Source: Cyanidioschyzon merolae
Lineage: Eukaryota
Direction: 5' to 3' (one strand)
DNA: 64,000 nt
Assembly (NCBI GenBank): GCA_000091205.1
Contig: AP006502.2
Both the position numbers and the translations under genes were made by a program. Position 1 is the stretch's first letter. Each line of letters starts with the position of its first letter. Shown here piece by piece: positions 32,701 to 40,471 of the stretch. A model generated the notes under the pieces. The model searched no databases. It was not told the DNA's origin and was given only the letters and a program-made list of their open reading frames with translations.

Positions 32701-34830
32701 CAGACAGGGCGCTGCTTGCTCCTCTCGATGATGTGACTTCAATGGAGCGGCTGCTTGCGGTCGCTCCTGCTCTCGATAAACCCGACAGGCAACCGCGATG
32801 GCATCCTGGCCGGTTGCAGTTGCGTTGGCGATGCTAGCGCTGTCGAGTGCAAGCGCGTCAACGGGATCGACCCAGGGCACCCGGATTCCGTGCAACTCGA
32901 GTGAGAGCCTCCCAGACGTCTCATGGATCAGCTCAACGTGCAGTCTATCTACCTCGACAACCGCGACTATGCGAGTTCGTTTCGGGAACGCCGCGTGCTC
33001 GCCTCGCGTTGCAGCGGCTGCGGCTGCAGGTTGCGTATCCGACACAGAGAAGCGTTGAACTGAGGCGCTTAGCTGGGGTTCCATCACCACGTTTCCCGCG
33101 TTGCTGTTGCTAACGTTTCTGTCGTTCGTGTTGCCTTGATGGCGATGCAGAAGCAGCGCATCACTTAGCTGCAGGTCTATAGCGGCAATCGCAGCGCTCA
33201 GCTGCTGGCAAACGAAAGCGTCAGCCGTATTTTCCGCTAGTATTGCGCGTGTTCTCGCTGTCTCGGGAGCCGAGAGCACCCAGGACCCCGCTGTAGTCAA
33301 CGTCGACGGCTCGGGAGCGTCCTCCTGGGTACCGGAGAGCATGCCCGAAAGCCAGTGCAAACGCAATGCTACCAGCTGTGTGCTGGTCGGGCGAAGCGTC
33401 AACCGGAGGGATGCCAGCGGAGTGCTCGTTTTGCTACTCGAGGCGGTTGCCACTTGCAGATCGTTCACTGCTGGCCTTGTGCTGGGATGCAGCTCGAGCG
33501 TCAACGATGCAAGTGTCAGGCATGCTGTGGTCAGTTTGTTTCTCCAAAATTGCAGCTCAACATTCCACGTTTCCGTACGCAAACCAATAGAAAGCGGTGG
33601 CCAATCGTTCAGCAGCGAGACGTACTCGGTAAGCCACTTCGTGTCGATCTGGAGTGCTTCCAGCTGTCCAGCACAGGCGACTTGGAGCGCTCTGTGTTCG
33701 AATGCTCGCCAGAAAGGCACCCAAGGCACGGAGAGATTCGCTTTCGCTTCCGTTGTTTCAGGGCTGATGCAGTAGTTACCATGCAATGCTGCTTCTCCTG
33801 CTTCTGCTTCCGCTGATGGCGTTGCGGTGCCTTGGCGTTGGGGTTGTGCAGCGAGCAGCGCCGCTAGCGGCCGCAGACCACCAGGGATACGGATCTGCAA
33901 CGGTGATATCTGGAACCATATTCGGATGATGTTGCCAGCATAGGCGTTCATTAAGAGCATAACTCGGAGGTAGAGAGGTTTCACTACGATCTGATCTTTC
34001 CAGCGCAATGCCAAGGCGTCCAGATGGAGGCACTTGCATATCGTACCATCGAGGCGGAGCCAGTGAAGAAACTGTTCGGGTGATGGCGCCTTATCTTCCA
34101 GTTTCATGGCGTCGAGAAACCGAATGGCCTCGCTCTCGTTCGCGGGACTAAAGAGCATCAAGCGTTCCCATGTGATCCAAAAGGCACCAGCATCCAATGT
34201 TGGATCTGTTTTCGCTCTCTGTTCACCGGACGTGTCAAGCAACCCCGGCAAGTGGATAGATACGGTGCAATGCGTTACGTCGATTCGAAAGCTGCAAGCG
34301 TAGACACCTAGCCGCTCCAGCAAGTACCAGGCAATGGAGGCAGCTGCCCGCTGAGAGGAACGTCCCGTGGCACGCTGCTGAGCCGCTCTCAACGCAGACG
34401 AAGCCGTTTCAGCGTCTGGGTGCCTTGGCGTGCTTTCCCCAGTTTGCTCGGAGTTTGGAGCGTATCCAGCATTCGATGCAGTGCAGTGCGTTGTGCCCGT
34501 TTCACTGCTTGAGGCAGTCTCGACAGATGTGCGTTCGTACCGGAGCTCCAGGAATACCTCATCCAGCACCAACGCAAAGCTCTTTCGCCAAGAATGAAGC
34601 CACGGAAGCGACAGCGTGATCTGACCTATCTGGCCACCGCTTAGTTCCAGACGTCCCGTAGTGACACCCGTGTTCGCCGGGTACAGGGTTTGCGGCAGCA
34701 GCGTCGCTCGGTGCAAGTTGAGGAAGCCGCGTCTCAGACTCCACGCAACTTGCTCCGGTGCCAACTGTTCAAGGTACTGGTTCAGCCATTTTTGCAAGGT
34801 GCGCACGATGAAGCCTTCTCGCATAGCCAA
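20710..34830 (-). CDS. VPS13: VPS13-like bridge-like lipid-transfer protein, 4706 aa, in a single exon
   Basis: N-terminal chorein-N domain: MAMREGFIVRTLQKWLNQYLEQLAPEQVAWSLRRGFLNLHRATLLPQTL..GRLELSGGQIGQITLSLPWLHSWRKSFALVLDEVFLELRYE. Giant size and repetitive internal architecture are consistent with VPS13. Many low-complexity inserts (polyS, polyD, HQ repeats, polyQ) are encoded by in-frame microsatellites. The overlapping ORFs 20058..20879 and 20693..21454 on the same strand are regarded as spurious. Confidence 0.8.
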   Translation of the reverse strand: MAMREGFIVRTLQKWLNQYLEQLAPEQVAWSLRRGFLNLHRATLLPQTLYPANTGVTTGRLELSGGQIGQITLSLPWLHSWRKSFALVLDEVFLELRYERTSVETASSSETGTTHCTASNAGYAPNSEQTGESTPRHPDAETASSALRAAQQRATGRSSQRAAASIAWYLLERLGVYACSFRIDVTHCTVSIHLPGLLDTSGEQRAKTDPTLDAGAFWITWERLMLFSPANESEAIRFLDAMKLEDKAPSPEQFLHWLRLDGTICKCLHLDALALRWKDQIVVKPLYLRVMLLMNAYAGNIIRIWFQISPLQIRIPGGLRPLAALLAAQPQRQGTATPSAEAEAGEAALHGNYCISPETTEAKANLSVPWVPFWRAFEHRALQVACAGQLEALQIDTKWLTEYVSLLNDWPPLSIGLRTETWNVELQFWRNKLTTACLTLASLTLELHPSTRPAVNDLQVATASSSKTSTPLASLRLTLRPTSTQLVALRLHWLSGMLSGTQEDAPEPSTLTTAGSWVLSAPETARTRAILAENTADAFVCQQLSAAIAAIDLQLSDALLLHRHQGNTNDRNVSNSNAGNVVMEPQLSASVQRFSVSDTQPAAAAAATRGEHAAFPKRTRIVAVVEVDRLHVELIHETSGRLSLELHGIRVPWVDPVDALALDSASIANATATGQDAIAVACRVYREQERPQAAAPLKSHHREEQAAPCLAGLQVHTGTGHWSACCTTLPIEQLDASAPTEMTLFASEEPFLLTAWYWAGHSRSQLVAVDGARDPHARIPMVILSQVSVRLVPVAILRYVYQAQESLLRIMRTPWVSAASTEQPPVDTSLDGSSDVQCQRLHLVIDWAGFDGTAAAGACILKASRMRLQVRKRLALASPGACLVFEAETLALELAQRCLLVQLSDLTAQLPLIRREASSVLASGVQTDAVSSMGIVRVGCLALEWHPSGICAQIVQMLQLWITWCAPLCTTIPASSWLRLQTLVEDHIRRAEAAAQAANAPVITPADEKTWRLSLFAIDLVCDDVDALFLSSSSSSLDREQLQAVRQHLACFVQGGQVTNQTAQPLLRFGDVLLDHRTANASSTEDAGRSYDLRPAALTCHWQQTTHAGAPTASKCALQIVKVRIHADEAKCRQLWSMWLQLEWLLHLDVYDVLMQRSTHDLVDTIGSADGHTAPCSGQTATARQQCPVDQEARTATKQPASTALLEDKLPPHAPAKKDAYVVFVELHIQDVQLHMQAATLPATLVLEVGEIETPNLMDCVCRLRIQESQLWRLTGSNDKEKALTNQVDWVLCWQRDKAATFIRVPTVHALGTVHDLALLNDVLDWIRRLEDAVYQYQLEQYETCQVPSSKPPVMTSTSASTNATKYRSTRDTLTQHSASASEPAMTMTFTEDGGGASVARNAQAANSTVAGVPQGSTQLHLERFFFTLWPQHHTSKTDASASRTPGEQAPSSSSLRNPGQYLDQQDHPASIDELALADLAASKLTLQYRYCGRSEALRFQAQAVRLRTERSHYLGAQGELVMLPCLRVRYWNDTSAATEASTQARVQIRLQDARVFLELALLKRIWQEFRAADGTDDSTASAAEIRAPIPTVQDPNDTSDSKSSIDETNEVHQQQHQQSVSSDAVAAPESSREGDVAITHEAGAISWQLHLEAGAAPSLLLIPLNLDDQTQDNSSDNSSSTSTSSGSEASIDVERRTADRTLVVGLCFSGKAVFWDRPKWYRVPGYEQAYPRDLVVASLVATASSLASYIDEQGRWRSRPQIPPMNHRHYHCQTRYRDASTGQHDSISALSSQADKNGTDDDDDDDDDDRFSAFDVRAADSRPLSTPAGGLAASALWLRGCALHLQQCLVRNCAYPHVEKRLSWSTLDIHWNNDWWRRRASSSVGQHRNSFSSGSSSSSLSSLSTSDEAPCALSEPRWYQVDGRLVTLTMHVAGAAVSIPVDAGAGAGASAGAYATSSLQWSLQIDNLSVRVLQHVIPWTALWLQVQGSCRAFLTDELVLEPARLQLQLQQLERQTAAVNNDNDNDNDNSNGIAADACCGSHEASTLPARQTLLRLSSTDALCLNITPRIAAAVERTLQIQAGRPERAALVVPVRPQCGTLALVNASGLPLHLSAYGTLAVDEMRYVPRASFYQDIAVHALDQNPQVLRLSEWRRFLTSSSSSSSLDAPLDNRSGGVSRSEALSWVAPDAALELVAIQALQWPCLVLVVVLYRRKSVVSEKVTATGQTAATPDPQWLCRFESPLYWENQTPLCLSLWTHDTTSNVRNTPCCIARFEATANPTAVQNGASSFASRTNIRAASLFAPTPCVWQLCTELDDDAMVPDVDASSTRLPAPSMLGCEAQQPRQVQCSEHDACPQVTAPNVCRTGEHGVSNASAVASVHPASYLWSWFVDLAQNVRDDESRVLWLGPLAPSPIPSRRPRTRSARHLNPEPDPIWGALLTAQVIRRVPTSNEAVSVPLVLVTLHAPWQIRNASIEPVFVDRATLLWPGQVYRSCRMDALFDLECALSAAKAVASTTGAPSAPTDPSRKRLATRATLGGAPESETNLHDQHQHQHQHQHPARNASDSAEDTSIPTSCCWQPAHWVSLALPEAFEPPPMALLEELQVDSTAAAANANAKDCTRAGVPGARRATVQEVAGWRQQRRPKAATSHQRHLPRYRGHQSKSTSTAASDSSAFLLPGRVWIQLPTTASTDLFPIHPWLDELVTSQTEAVVASDRGALALSSQVCRSLAIRDRSPHRTANEPNAAAAAAEAAEAAAAEAATIHADAIEHECDDYRRRVVYDAPRWLAPWPWKPAETMSPLGTCFAVDFGWEHPRALRQITLCVPELWCSLWTASPTTLMQAIPAERRSWCSQLRRHLANWIDTGRPGVQSDLETVQAEQATATAAPQTPIQSVAYPCSSSSSSSSSSSMPLTCRECAPPRPISAHTTGAFDAFENARYGRLPYQARGGGHNGGPVCGQVLPLTLAPCPWTAWSLPELALSWRTAHTEWSAWCAGTRLAHEALVISLYAVAGERKPHRWTRAMLASPAAVLQQPSAWQRLASAHGADRAPTQAAVTVADAVVHVAATGTPEVKTSPLRLVRSRHASVSTPLETDARWPWLVSSSLAAAPAAAAATTPHSRLSQVSRSIAPRFSAWSPAAAVAETWPSSSSSTPTTFDGAYVPRPRQLDAVVCVQPLGYPLERSRLLVVYPRYRLVNLWPAYTLLVWPVDQDTGDECLSFGAANPRAGTHSPGSDLDLVDVRPTAANDIDRLLADGSVFRLEPGAMATLHWPAGTNKPCLRIRIAAPGWYWSGRVPVTAGSDWCLRLRQASTGACQFPRVHTAAGTSPVTPVHLVTILPPHPLLVPYRIRNQTIERIRFAQRLEPAHCRSGCCMKQTQDVIDDDALQALDPLSECAYTWDEPLAEPILELWIDGIGYVGAFRLEPELHSHASVAAVHGETQVATDSGVSGDRTNGRSRHRGYHDGKRTGQAVQLRVIPRLQQCRTRLWQLVGLGCRRRRHRRRRVHVASQTAVHLVCNQSVRWCVANSAGAPGAASRSRTFQIRLQRCQATLALIIAENEQQQEQPAVPRRSSQSRGASTSLQRSVDERHDVSTETSPSETPLDALPASTTMHYAGAGIDRHASAFTCELCVPEMGISLLRMTTTTREPPLFEQVVYLGIRGVDARWHHVKRTQDGSDMLRQKASLDESYHGEVAFVCEALQLDHSSALQHPTLPGAWCVPLRLHSVAANDAASRTSRALSLASDHERHSKKKKKKKSSIRPDHNTSRQLDRLAVVSWFSLRRRPVSYACQGSASAPGASSLSASVASRRWTSDDGAWRAPKQAACVLRTRFESSSTGAHTFLRIHSGQVRCGRLDLDIDASLVVQMVDWFVAWRRQVDAMTPVETSADALRMASVGAEQQDQELEIFWTPSMGLVAATSAQRLTQARARSSSSRRAGAAARILRDGNAPASRYCWTCRSGDTSSSRSSLSSMPLSRSLRESLTQCTARRESDCSCCQYDAGANEALGSSAAQYRAGADACQLLRRALEQALLRGVPSVSQVQQRSERSLRLAFHDVVCAPLACTLSVRTDLVSLGTLLQYRGSEWPRLTALMLTPLMNVQDASLWLRELVLDGTFETSDDLVQHLVRHYQQQLNREVWKVISSAEWLGNPARYARHLSRLVRQIARQLGALLRQRHRHRILGAAAALSLGYGAGLGAASLDAFHRMIALAAGTLRQHIGLATLALDIAARMPGAAHNRSIPDANSGAARFLERRVQVSGTGGASHGHQHQQRYSKTDAVVPGSPAERASSSKVERLRRRWRWRWWWHAAAGQRMGILLATPLLFMMQATATVLAIARDLLDQAAWHLIESAAGETAWTWSVAEWSAPLRPPRMPSTKLDHSYDIEDAVLGYELWQMLDQASSSELLSEQYRFCCRPVPNEAVLCTNRRLWHLRLPTNGPFSVNRSSCSWQVLDELQWSDVIMLWLMPPGYDKLHVLALAPEQVMPQIRCPCVLNLKQRQHPVRADTAAQATLTKESRCWRCFWRRVYWFIQRWVPASADDLVLRLKMLPRRTSRGWRLLTIPLTSAVVANAVADRLQTVWYVALCRSRSPCSRVVVMERWWLPQLRLDQSGPREQAECPEAPWRVQKRSKASPDSRCNTTASIIGRTDAKQAGYGESATPNAWQRCRQPHLFQGFVPVPRGWADALYAYDASVSFPLGVYFRS
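26541..26589. repeat. (CTG/CTT)n trinucleotide microsatellite inside the VPS13-like CDS
   Basis: Read directly. Other in-frame microsatellites in the same gene: (GGTGCT)5-6 at 27147..27179 (encodes HQHQHQ on the minus strand), (ATG)8 at 28333..28356, (ATC)10 at 29401..29430, and (GTC/GTT)n at ~28737..28770. Confidence 0.9.
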
Positions 34831-35876
34831 GCAGCGTTACTGGGCCAACTGATGCCTCAACTGCACACCAAGCAGCCCAGTGGTGTGGCACCAGGGTTGA
34901 GCGCAGGGGCTCGAATCTCGTGCTCTGTTCAGTGTTCCGTTTTTTGAATCGCAGAGCGCCGCAGCAGGTACGGCAGTGGAACGTTCTGCCCTGTTGCTGG
35001 GTGCATACCAGGAGCAAGCGTTTGGTAGTGACAGCACTTCCTGTTGCTGTCGTTCGTGGTGGTCAGTGGAGGTGTCTCAGTACCCGGATGAAGAAGCGTG
35101 GATACCTGGAGGTCATGGTTGTTTCGGGCCGGTTTCGGTGTGTTATCGAGGCTTGTTGACGTTAGGTGCTGGTGACGATGTGGCGCGTCGGCAACGATCC
35201 ACACGAACACGCGTCAGAACAGAACGGGAAGCGTCCGCTTCTGTAACTCGAGCGTAAACGCTAGAGTTTGGGACAATGCCCAATATCACTCGTACAGCGT
35301 TTGGGGGTTCTATCTGTAAAGGATTCCTTTTTATCCACCTAATCGATGACTTGAAACACGCAGGTCTGTCTCGTCTGTCCATTTTCATTGTCAGCAGTTG
35401 AAGCATATCGATGACGGTGTTCATGATCCGATTGTGCTGCTCCTGGATATTGTCGACGCATTTGATGCACAGGCAAATGTTGCGGTCGACGCTTCGCTTG
35501 TTCGTTGCATCTTTTTCGTGGACAGCTCCAATGCATCATTCATTCGCATGGGTGACTCTTGACCGTGGTCGAGTGCTCCCAGATATCTGCCATACCTCTG
35601 CCTCCGAGTGCTGCTGTATAATGCATGCACGCTAGCTTTATCACTCATTTCATGTCCTGGATAGGTAAACAAGTCTTCACGCTATCGCATCCTCCGTTTT
35701 CGCGCGCGGTTCAGTACCTAATGTCGACATGCTTCTTCCGAGCGATAACGATTGGGGATTACGCTGTCCATTGCACACCTAAGTGCAAGGGATTCCATCC
35801 GATATTGGATTTGCACCGTGCAATGTAGTCCATGATGAAACAAGTACTGAAAGCAAAATCCAGACTGAACAACAAC

Positions 35877-35905
35877 AACAACAACAACAACAACAAGTCG
35901 AGGAT
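35877..35905. repeat. (AAC)9-10 microsatellite, intergenic
   Basis: Read directly. Confidence 0.9.
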
Positions 35906-38519
35906 TTTCGCTCCATCTACGTGCCATTCGTACAACGCGGTGATGTAGGCTGCATTGGAGGCAATCACTGCGATACTTCAAGTTCGAGTCCGAAACCCCT
36001 TTCGATGCAGGTAGAAGTGTCGGGCGCCGCTGCGAACAAATCCCCCGGAAGGTATCAAGCCGCTGACGAGTGACGTTTCATCGATGGCTACAAAAACAGG
36101 ATGATTTCGTTTTCGAAACGAGGTTGATTATTCGGCGTCATAGATGATACGAGCTTTGGACTTGAGCTTCAGGAGAAATCGTCAAGGCCTGATGTCGAGT
36201 AGTTTTTGCATCATATATCCATCGGTACGAATTCATGTACACACGACTTGTTTTGAAGCATAAAGATCGAAATCTCGAAGATTGCGAGATTCAAGCACCC
36301 GACATGTAAGTAATGAGGAAGCGTGGGGACCCCCACGAATGCATGGGATAATGATATCGGTTATGTTCAGGAACACGTGTTCGTGGGCATCGCGCTGGAT
36401 CTCGATCCCTGGAACGAAACAAATTCCAGCTGCGGAGAATCGGCGGAACCTCGTTGGAAAAGACACTCGAATATCCGGAATACAACGTATACATTCCCAA
36501 GCCCATGTTGCCGCGCTTTACCTGTCGTGAATGTTCTTCTGAAGTTCGTTCGGAATCACGTGGAACGACAGGAAGAGAGTGAGTGGCAGAAAACGCTGGT
36601 TACGCTGACTAGGGTACAGCAGGCGTCTTGGTAAGCGCGTTTGAGCACGTTGTGTCGAGTGCATACCGGTTCTTTTAAAGTTTGCGAAATATCGACTGTG
36701 TTTTTCTGAAGTTCTGGCGTCACTCGACACTGGCGGTGCGATGTGTAGGACGAGCAACGCGCTCTCACGCAGAAATCGACATGCTTTACATGTTTCCGGT
36801 AGGGGGCTTATGACCAAGCAGAGACGTATTACCGAACTGTGTTTTCGTTGCAGAAATCGATACAACGATAGATCTGGCAAGCTGGGCTGTTCGCGAAACG
36901 TGCTATCGGTTACATGTAAACGGTAGCCACGAGCAACTTTCTGCAAGTGCCGGAGATTCTCGTAAGCTTGCAACGGCTACCGCACCCTAGATCGTACACG
37001 AAAACTGCGTGACGTGGAGTGCGTTCACGTTCACGGAAGTTATTGTTCGCGATGGAGGGGTGCTTTGGAGGCACGTTTCCGAACGTGGCTCGTATCTGTG
37101 AAGGTGTCTGCTATGCGTTTACAAAATGACGCTGCAATGGGCATTGGCTCACGCGGTTTGCGATAGAATGGGGCGGGGACTCGTCACCGTGCCCCGCCTT
37201 TGGCGTGCAGCACGTCTTGCCTCACAGAACGGACGCCCCCGGGGGCGCGGCGGGTCGCAACCCGCTAGACCGTACACTGCTCTGGGATATCATGAAGCCG
37301 TGCTTTCTGCCGAACGTTTCTACACACGCTGCGCTGCGCTGCGCCGCACCGCGCCACCGAAAACGTCTTCCTCAGACTCGAAGTCGACAAGGCCACAACG
37401 AAGCCGTTTAGCTCTGAGCCTTGCTCGAAGAAAGCCTGACCCGTTCCGTACAATACTAAAGTCGCTTGCCCATGCACACTCCGGGGAACGCAAGGCAAGT
37501 CTGGACGCACCTCCTCGAGCCGCGATCTCTGCCCACAGTGGTCCATGCGGCAGACTCGCGAAAACTGCGCGAGGCATCTCGGGAAGAATCGCTCAAACTT
37601 GTTGTTGCTTGGAGTGCTCAGGATGCGCGCAGCTGCATTTCGGATCCCCACTCCTGAGCGGAAACGGCACATGTGTCTTCGAGCATGTTGAAGGCGACTT
37701 GCTCGCATCTCAGCGCAAAAGTGTGGAGTCCGGTGTTCCACCAATGTATGCAGGCACTAATTGAGGCAGGCGAGTGCTCGGAAACGCTACGTCGATTGCA
37801 AACACTGCAAGCAGAGCGTGATCGGAGCACCTCGATATGCATCACGAGCACAAGGCCTTGCGGCGATGAGCGGCATTTCTCGCGGCAGCATCAACTTGAC
37901 CGCCACGGTGCAGGGATGCCCTTCATGGACGCACGGCTGTGTACAAGCAGCGTGTTGGCTCTGAATGAGAGCCACTAGAACGCAGGTGCACCCCGAATCA
38001 CTGAGTGCGCAACGGCAAGCACAGTTCGTCTCCAGCAAGTACGCTGATGCAATGTGCGAGAGCGCGCAGCCTGGTCTTCACAGCGCTGTGAGAACTGTAG
38101 ATGTGGCTTTCCAGGTTTCGCTGCTGGTCGAAAGACGCGCTCATGTGGGCTCGTTCACAGGGGTCAAGGCTCGTTCACGAGGCGATGAGTCGGACTTGGA
38201 CGATTCGGCACCGGGTTTTCCGTCCCGTAGCCTTGAAATCGTGCTTTCCATGACGCTTTTGATCGCAGCTGTTGATTTGTAAAGCCAGGTCGCTTGTGTA
38301 CTAGCGATCAAGAGCATAGTCATGCATATGGACGTCGTTGCCGCGGCTCCATCGCACCGCAAGCGCAAGCACTATGGTGCAATACGCGGCACGTACTGCT
38401 GCCTGCTATCCAGTAGATAATCAAAGCACGGGGTAGAGTGAGATCAGCGTTATGGACTGTGGAGCGGAGCAACCGGATCCGCGTAGGGTAGATCAGCGAA
38501 CGTACACACTTGGAAGTAG

Positions 38520-38800
38520 TCGTGTGCGATCGAGCTATTCAGCATCAAACTGACCCTGCACGCCTAAAGGATGTGTGCAGTGCCTTGTTGCAGCAACAGA
38601 CAGTATTCAGCACCAAAGATTCTCAGGGGGTTCCAATCAGAGTTCACTACCGCACGCTCAGATCCGAAGGCACGTAGCACCCGAAAACCCCTTGAGACGT
38701 AGACTGGAGGTAGAGTGCCTTGTTCCTAAAACAGACAGCATTCAGCACCCTCCAAGTTCTAAGGGTTTCATTCTGATATTCAGTACCTCGTTACCACATC
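38520..38800. repeat. Imperfect ~139-bp tandem repeat carrying four copies of the short motif attcag(c/t)a(c/t)c, ~200-500 bp upstream of the hisC start
   Basis: agtgccttgtt(g/c)c..aacagacag(t/c)attcagcacc occurs at ~38577-38623 and ~38716-38762. Related motifs ctattcagcatc (~38534) and atattcagtacc (~38775). Confidence 0.6.
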
Positions 38801-39007
38801 AGTCCGCTTTCCGTACCAGTCGATTCAGGAATGAAAGACCACAAGTTTCGTATCTCAATCCCGCTTCAGAATGCACCCTGCACTGCTTGCAGGCAAGAAG
38901 CAGCGACACCGCCGCGCATCTTCGCTTCAGACGTGGCAGCAGCGTTGGCGTTCTCGTGAACGGCGCATAGGATAGACGTTTCGTCTGCTTCATTTCGGAC
39001 CTAGACC

Positions 39008-40471
39008 ATGTTTCTGTGGTTTAGTGCTCCCTTATTTACAAGAAGCAATACGGGCACGCGGTGGATACCTGTAGGCAAACACCCGCTCGCCTGGGAACAG
39101 GCACGAGTGTGGCGTTGTCTTCACGAGCCGGCTGTGTTGGCGCTCCGCGGCCAGGACGCTGCCGCAATGTCGAAGAAACGAGTCAGCAGCGCTTCGATGG
39201 AGCCGTTCAACGTTGAATCGCTCGTCCGGGACGAACTTCAGCGTATGGAACCCTACGCGCCGATCCTACCGTACGAAGTACTCGCGCGACAGCTCGGACG
39301 CGATCCGAGTGAAATCATCAAACTGGACGCGAACGAGAATCCTTATGGCGTTTGTCCCGCCGTGCGAAACGCAGTGGCGGCTGCACCTTTCCCGCATATT
39401 TACCCGGATCCCGAGTCACGAGAGCTGCGCGAGGCGCTGGCGGCGTTCACGGGCGTACCTGCCTCGCGACTCCTTGTGGGCCACGGTGCCGACGAGCTCA
39501 TTGACCTTATTTTTCGACTCGTGATCCGAGCGAATCATCAGGATACTGTAGTGAACGCTCCACCTACGTTCGGTATGTACCAGTTCGATGCGGACTTGAA
39601 CGCAGCCAAAGTGGTTTCGGTATGGCGAAAAGCTGACGATGGCTTTCGCTTCCCAACCGAGCAGGTGGAGGCGTACTTTGCAGAAATCGCTGCTGCACGA
39701 GAGCGAGGCGTAGACCAGTCCTACCCCAGGATTGTCTTCGTGACTTGCCCCAACAACCCCGATGGCTCCCGAATATCGGATAGCGATCTGCGACGACTTT
39801 TACGCCTACCAACCCTGGTGGTGCTCGACGAAGCCTATATTGAGTTTGCGGATAGCGAGGAGGAGCGTTACCCAGATGCATCGGGCGGCAGCGAGACGCG
39901 TGCAACGGTTACAGAGCCACCCACACGGATTCGCTGGGTTCTTGAATACCAGAATCTCATCGTTTTACGAACGTTTTCCAAATGGGCCGCCCTAGCCGGC
40001 CTGCGGGTAGGTTATGGTGCTTTCCCGGAAGCGCTTCTGCCGCATCTCTGGAAAATCAAACAGCCCTACAACGTCAATGTGGCTGGGCAGGTTGCCGCCC
40101 TGGAAGCGCTATGTCAACGAGATCTCCTGTTCCAGCAAGTTTCATGGATGAAAGCGGAACGCCAACGCCTTTACCAAATCCTTCAGGCACCGCAGTTCGC
40201 GTGGTTGCATCCATACCCATCACAGAGCAACTTTGTGCTCTGTCGAGTGCGTTCTGATGATGCGCTCTGTAATGGATCCCGAAGAAAGGTTGCCTCTGCC
40301 CGGGCCCTGCGTGATTTTCTGCGAGATCGCGGTATTCTCATTCGTTACTATGATTCGAAAGGTCTGACAGACTGTATACGAATTTCCATGGGGACACCCG
40401 CCCAGATGGATCGCCTCTACGAGGTGTTGGAAGCGTACGCTCGTGTTCTCGGATATGGAAATGAAAGATAA
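39008..40471 (+). CDS. hisC: Histidinol-phosphate aminotransferase (HisC / HPA), a PLP-dependent class-II aminotransferase with an N-terminal extension (likely organellar targeting)
   Basis: IKLDANENPYG..FPHIYPDPESRELREALA..LLVGHGADELIDLIFR..LVVLDEAYIEFAD..NLIVLRTFSKWAALAGLRVGYGAFPE (PLP-binding Lys in the SK motif). Overall length and order are typical of HisC. Confidence 0.9.
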   Translation: MFLWFSAPLFTRSNTGTRWIPVGKHPLAWEQARVWRCLHEPAVLALRGQDAAAMSKKRVSSASMEPFNVESLVRDELQRMEPYAPILPYEVLARQLGRDPSEIIKLDANENPYGVCPAVRNAVAAAPFPHIYPDPESRELREALAAFTGVPASRLLVGHGADELIDLIFRLVIRANHQDTVVNAPPTFGMYQFDADLNAAKVVSVWRKADDGFRFPTEQVEAYFAEIAAARERGVDQSYPRIVFVTCPNNPDGSRISDSDLRRLLRLPTLVVLDEAYIEFADSEEERYPDASGGSETRATVTEPPTRIRWVLEYQNLIVLRTFSKWAALAGLRVGYGAFPEALLPHLWKIKQPYNVNVAGQVAALEALCQRDLLFQQVSWMKAERQRLYQILQAPQFAWLHPYPSQSNFVLCRVRSDDALCNGSRRKVASARALRDFLRDRGILIRYYDSKGLTDCIRISMGTPAQMDRLYEVLEAYARVLGYGNER

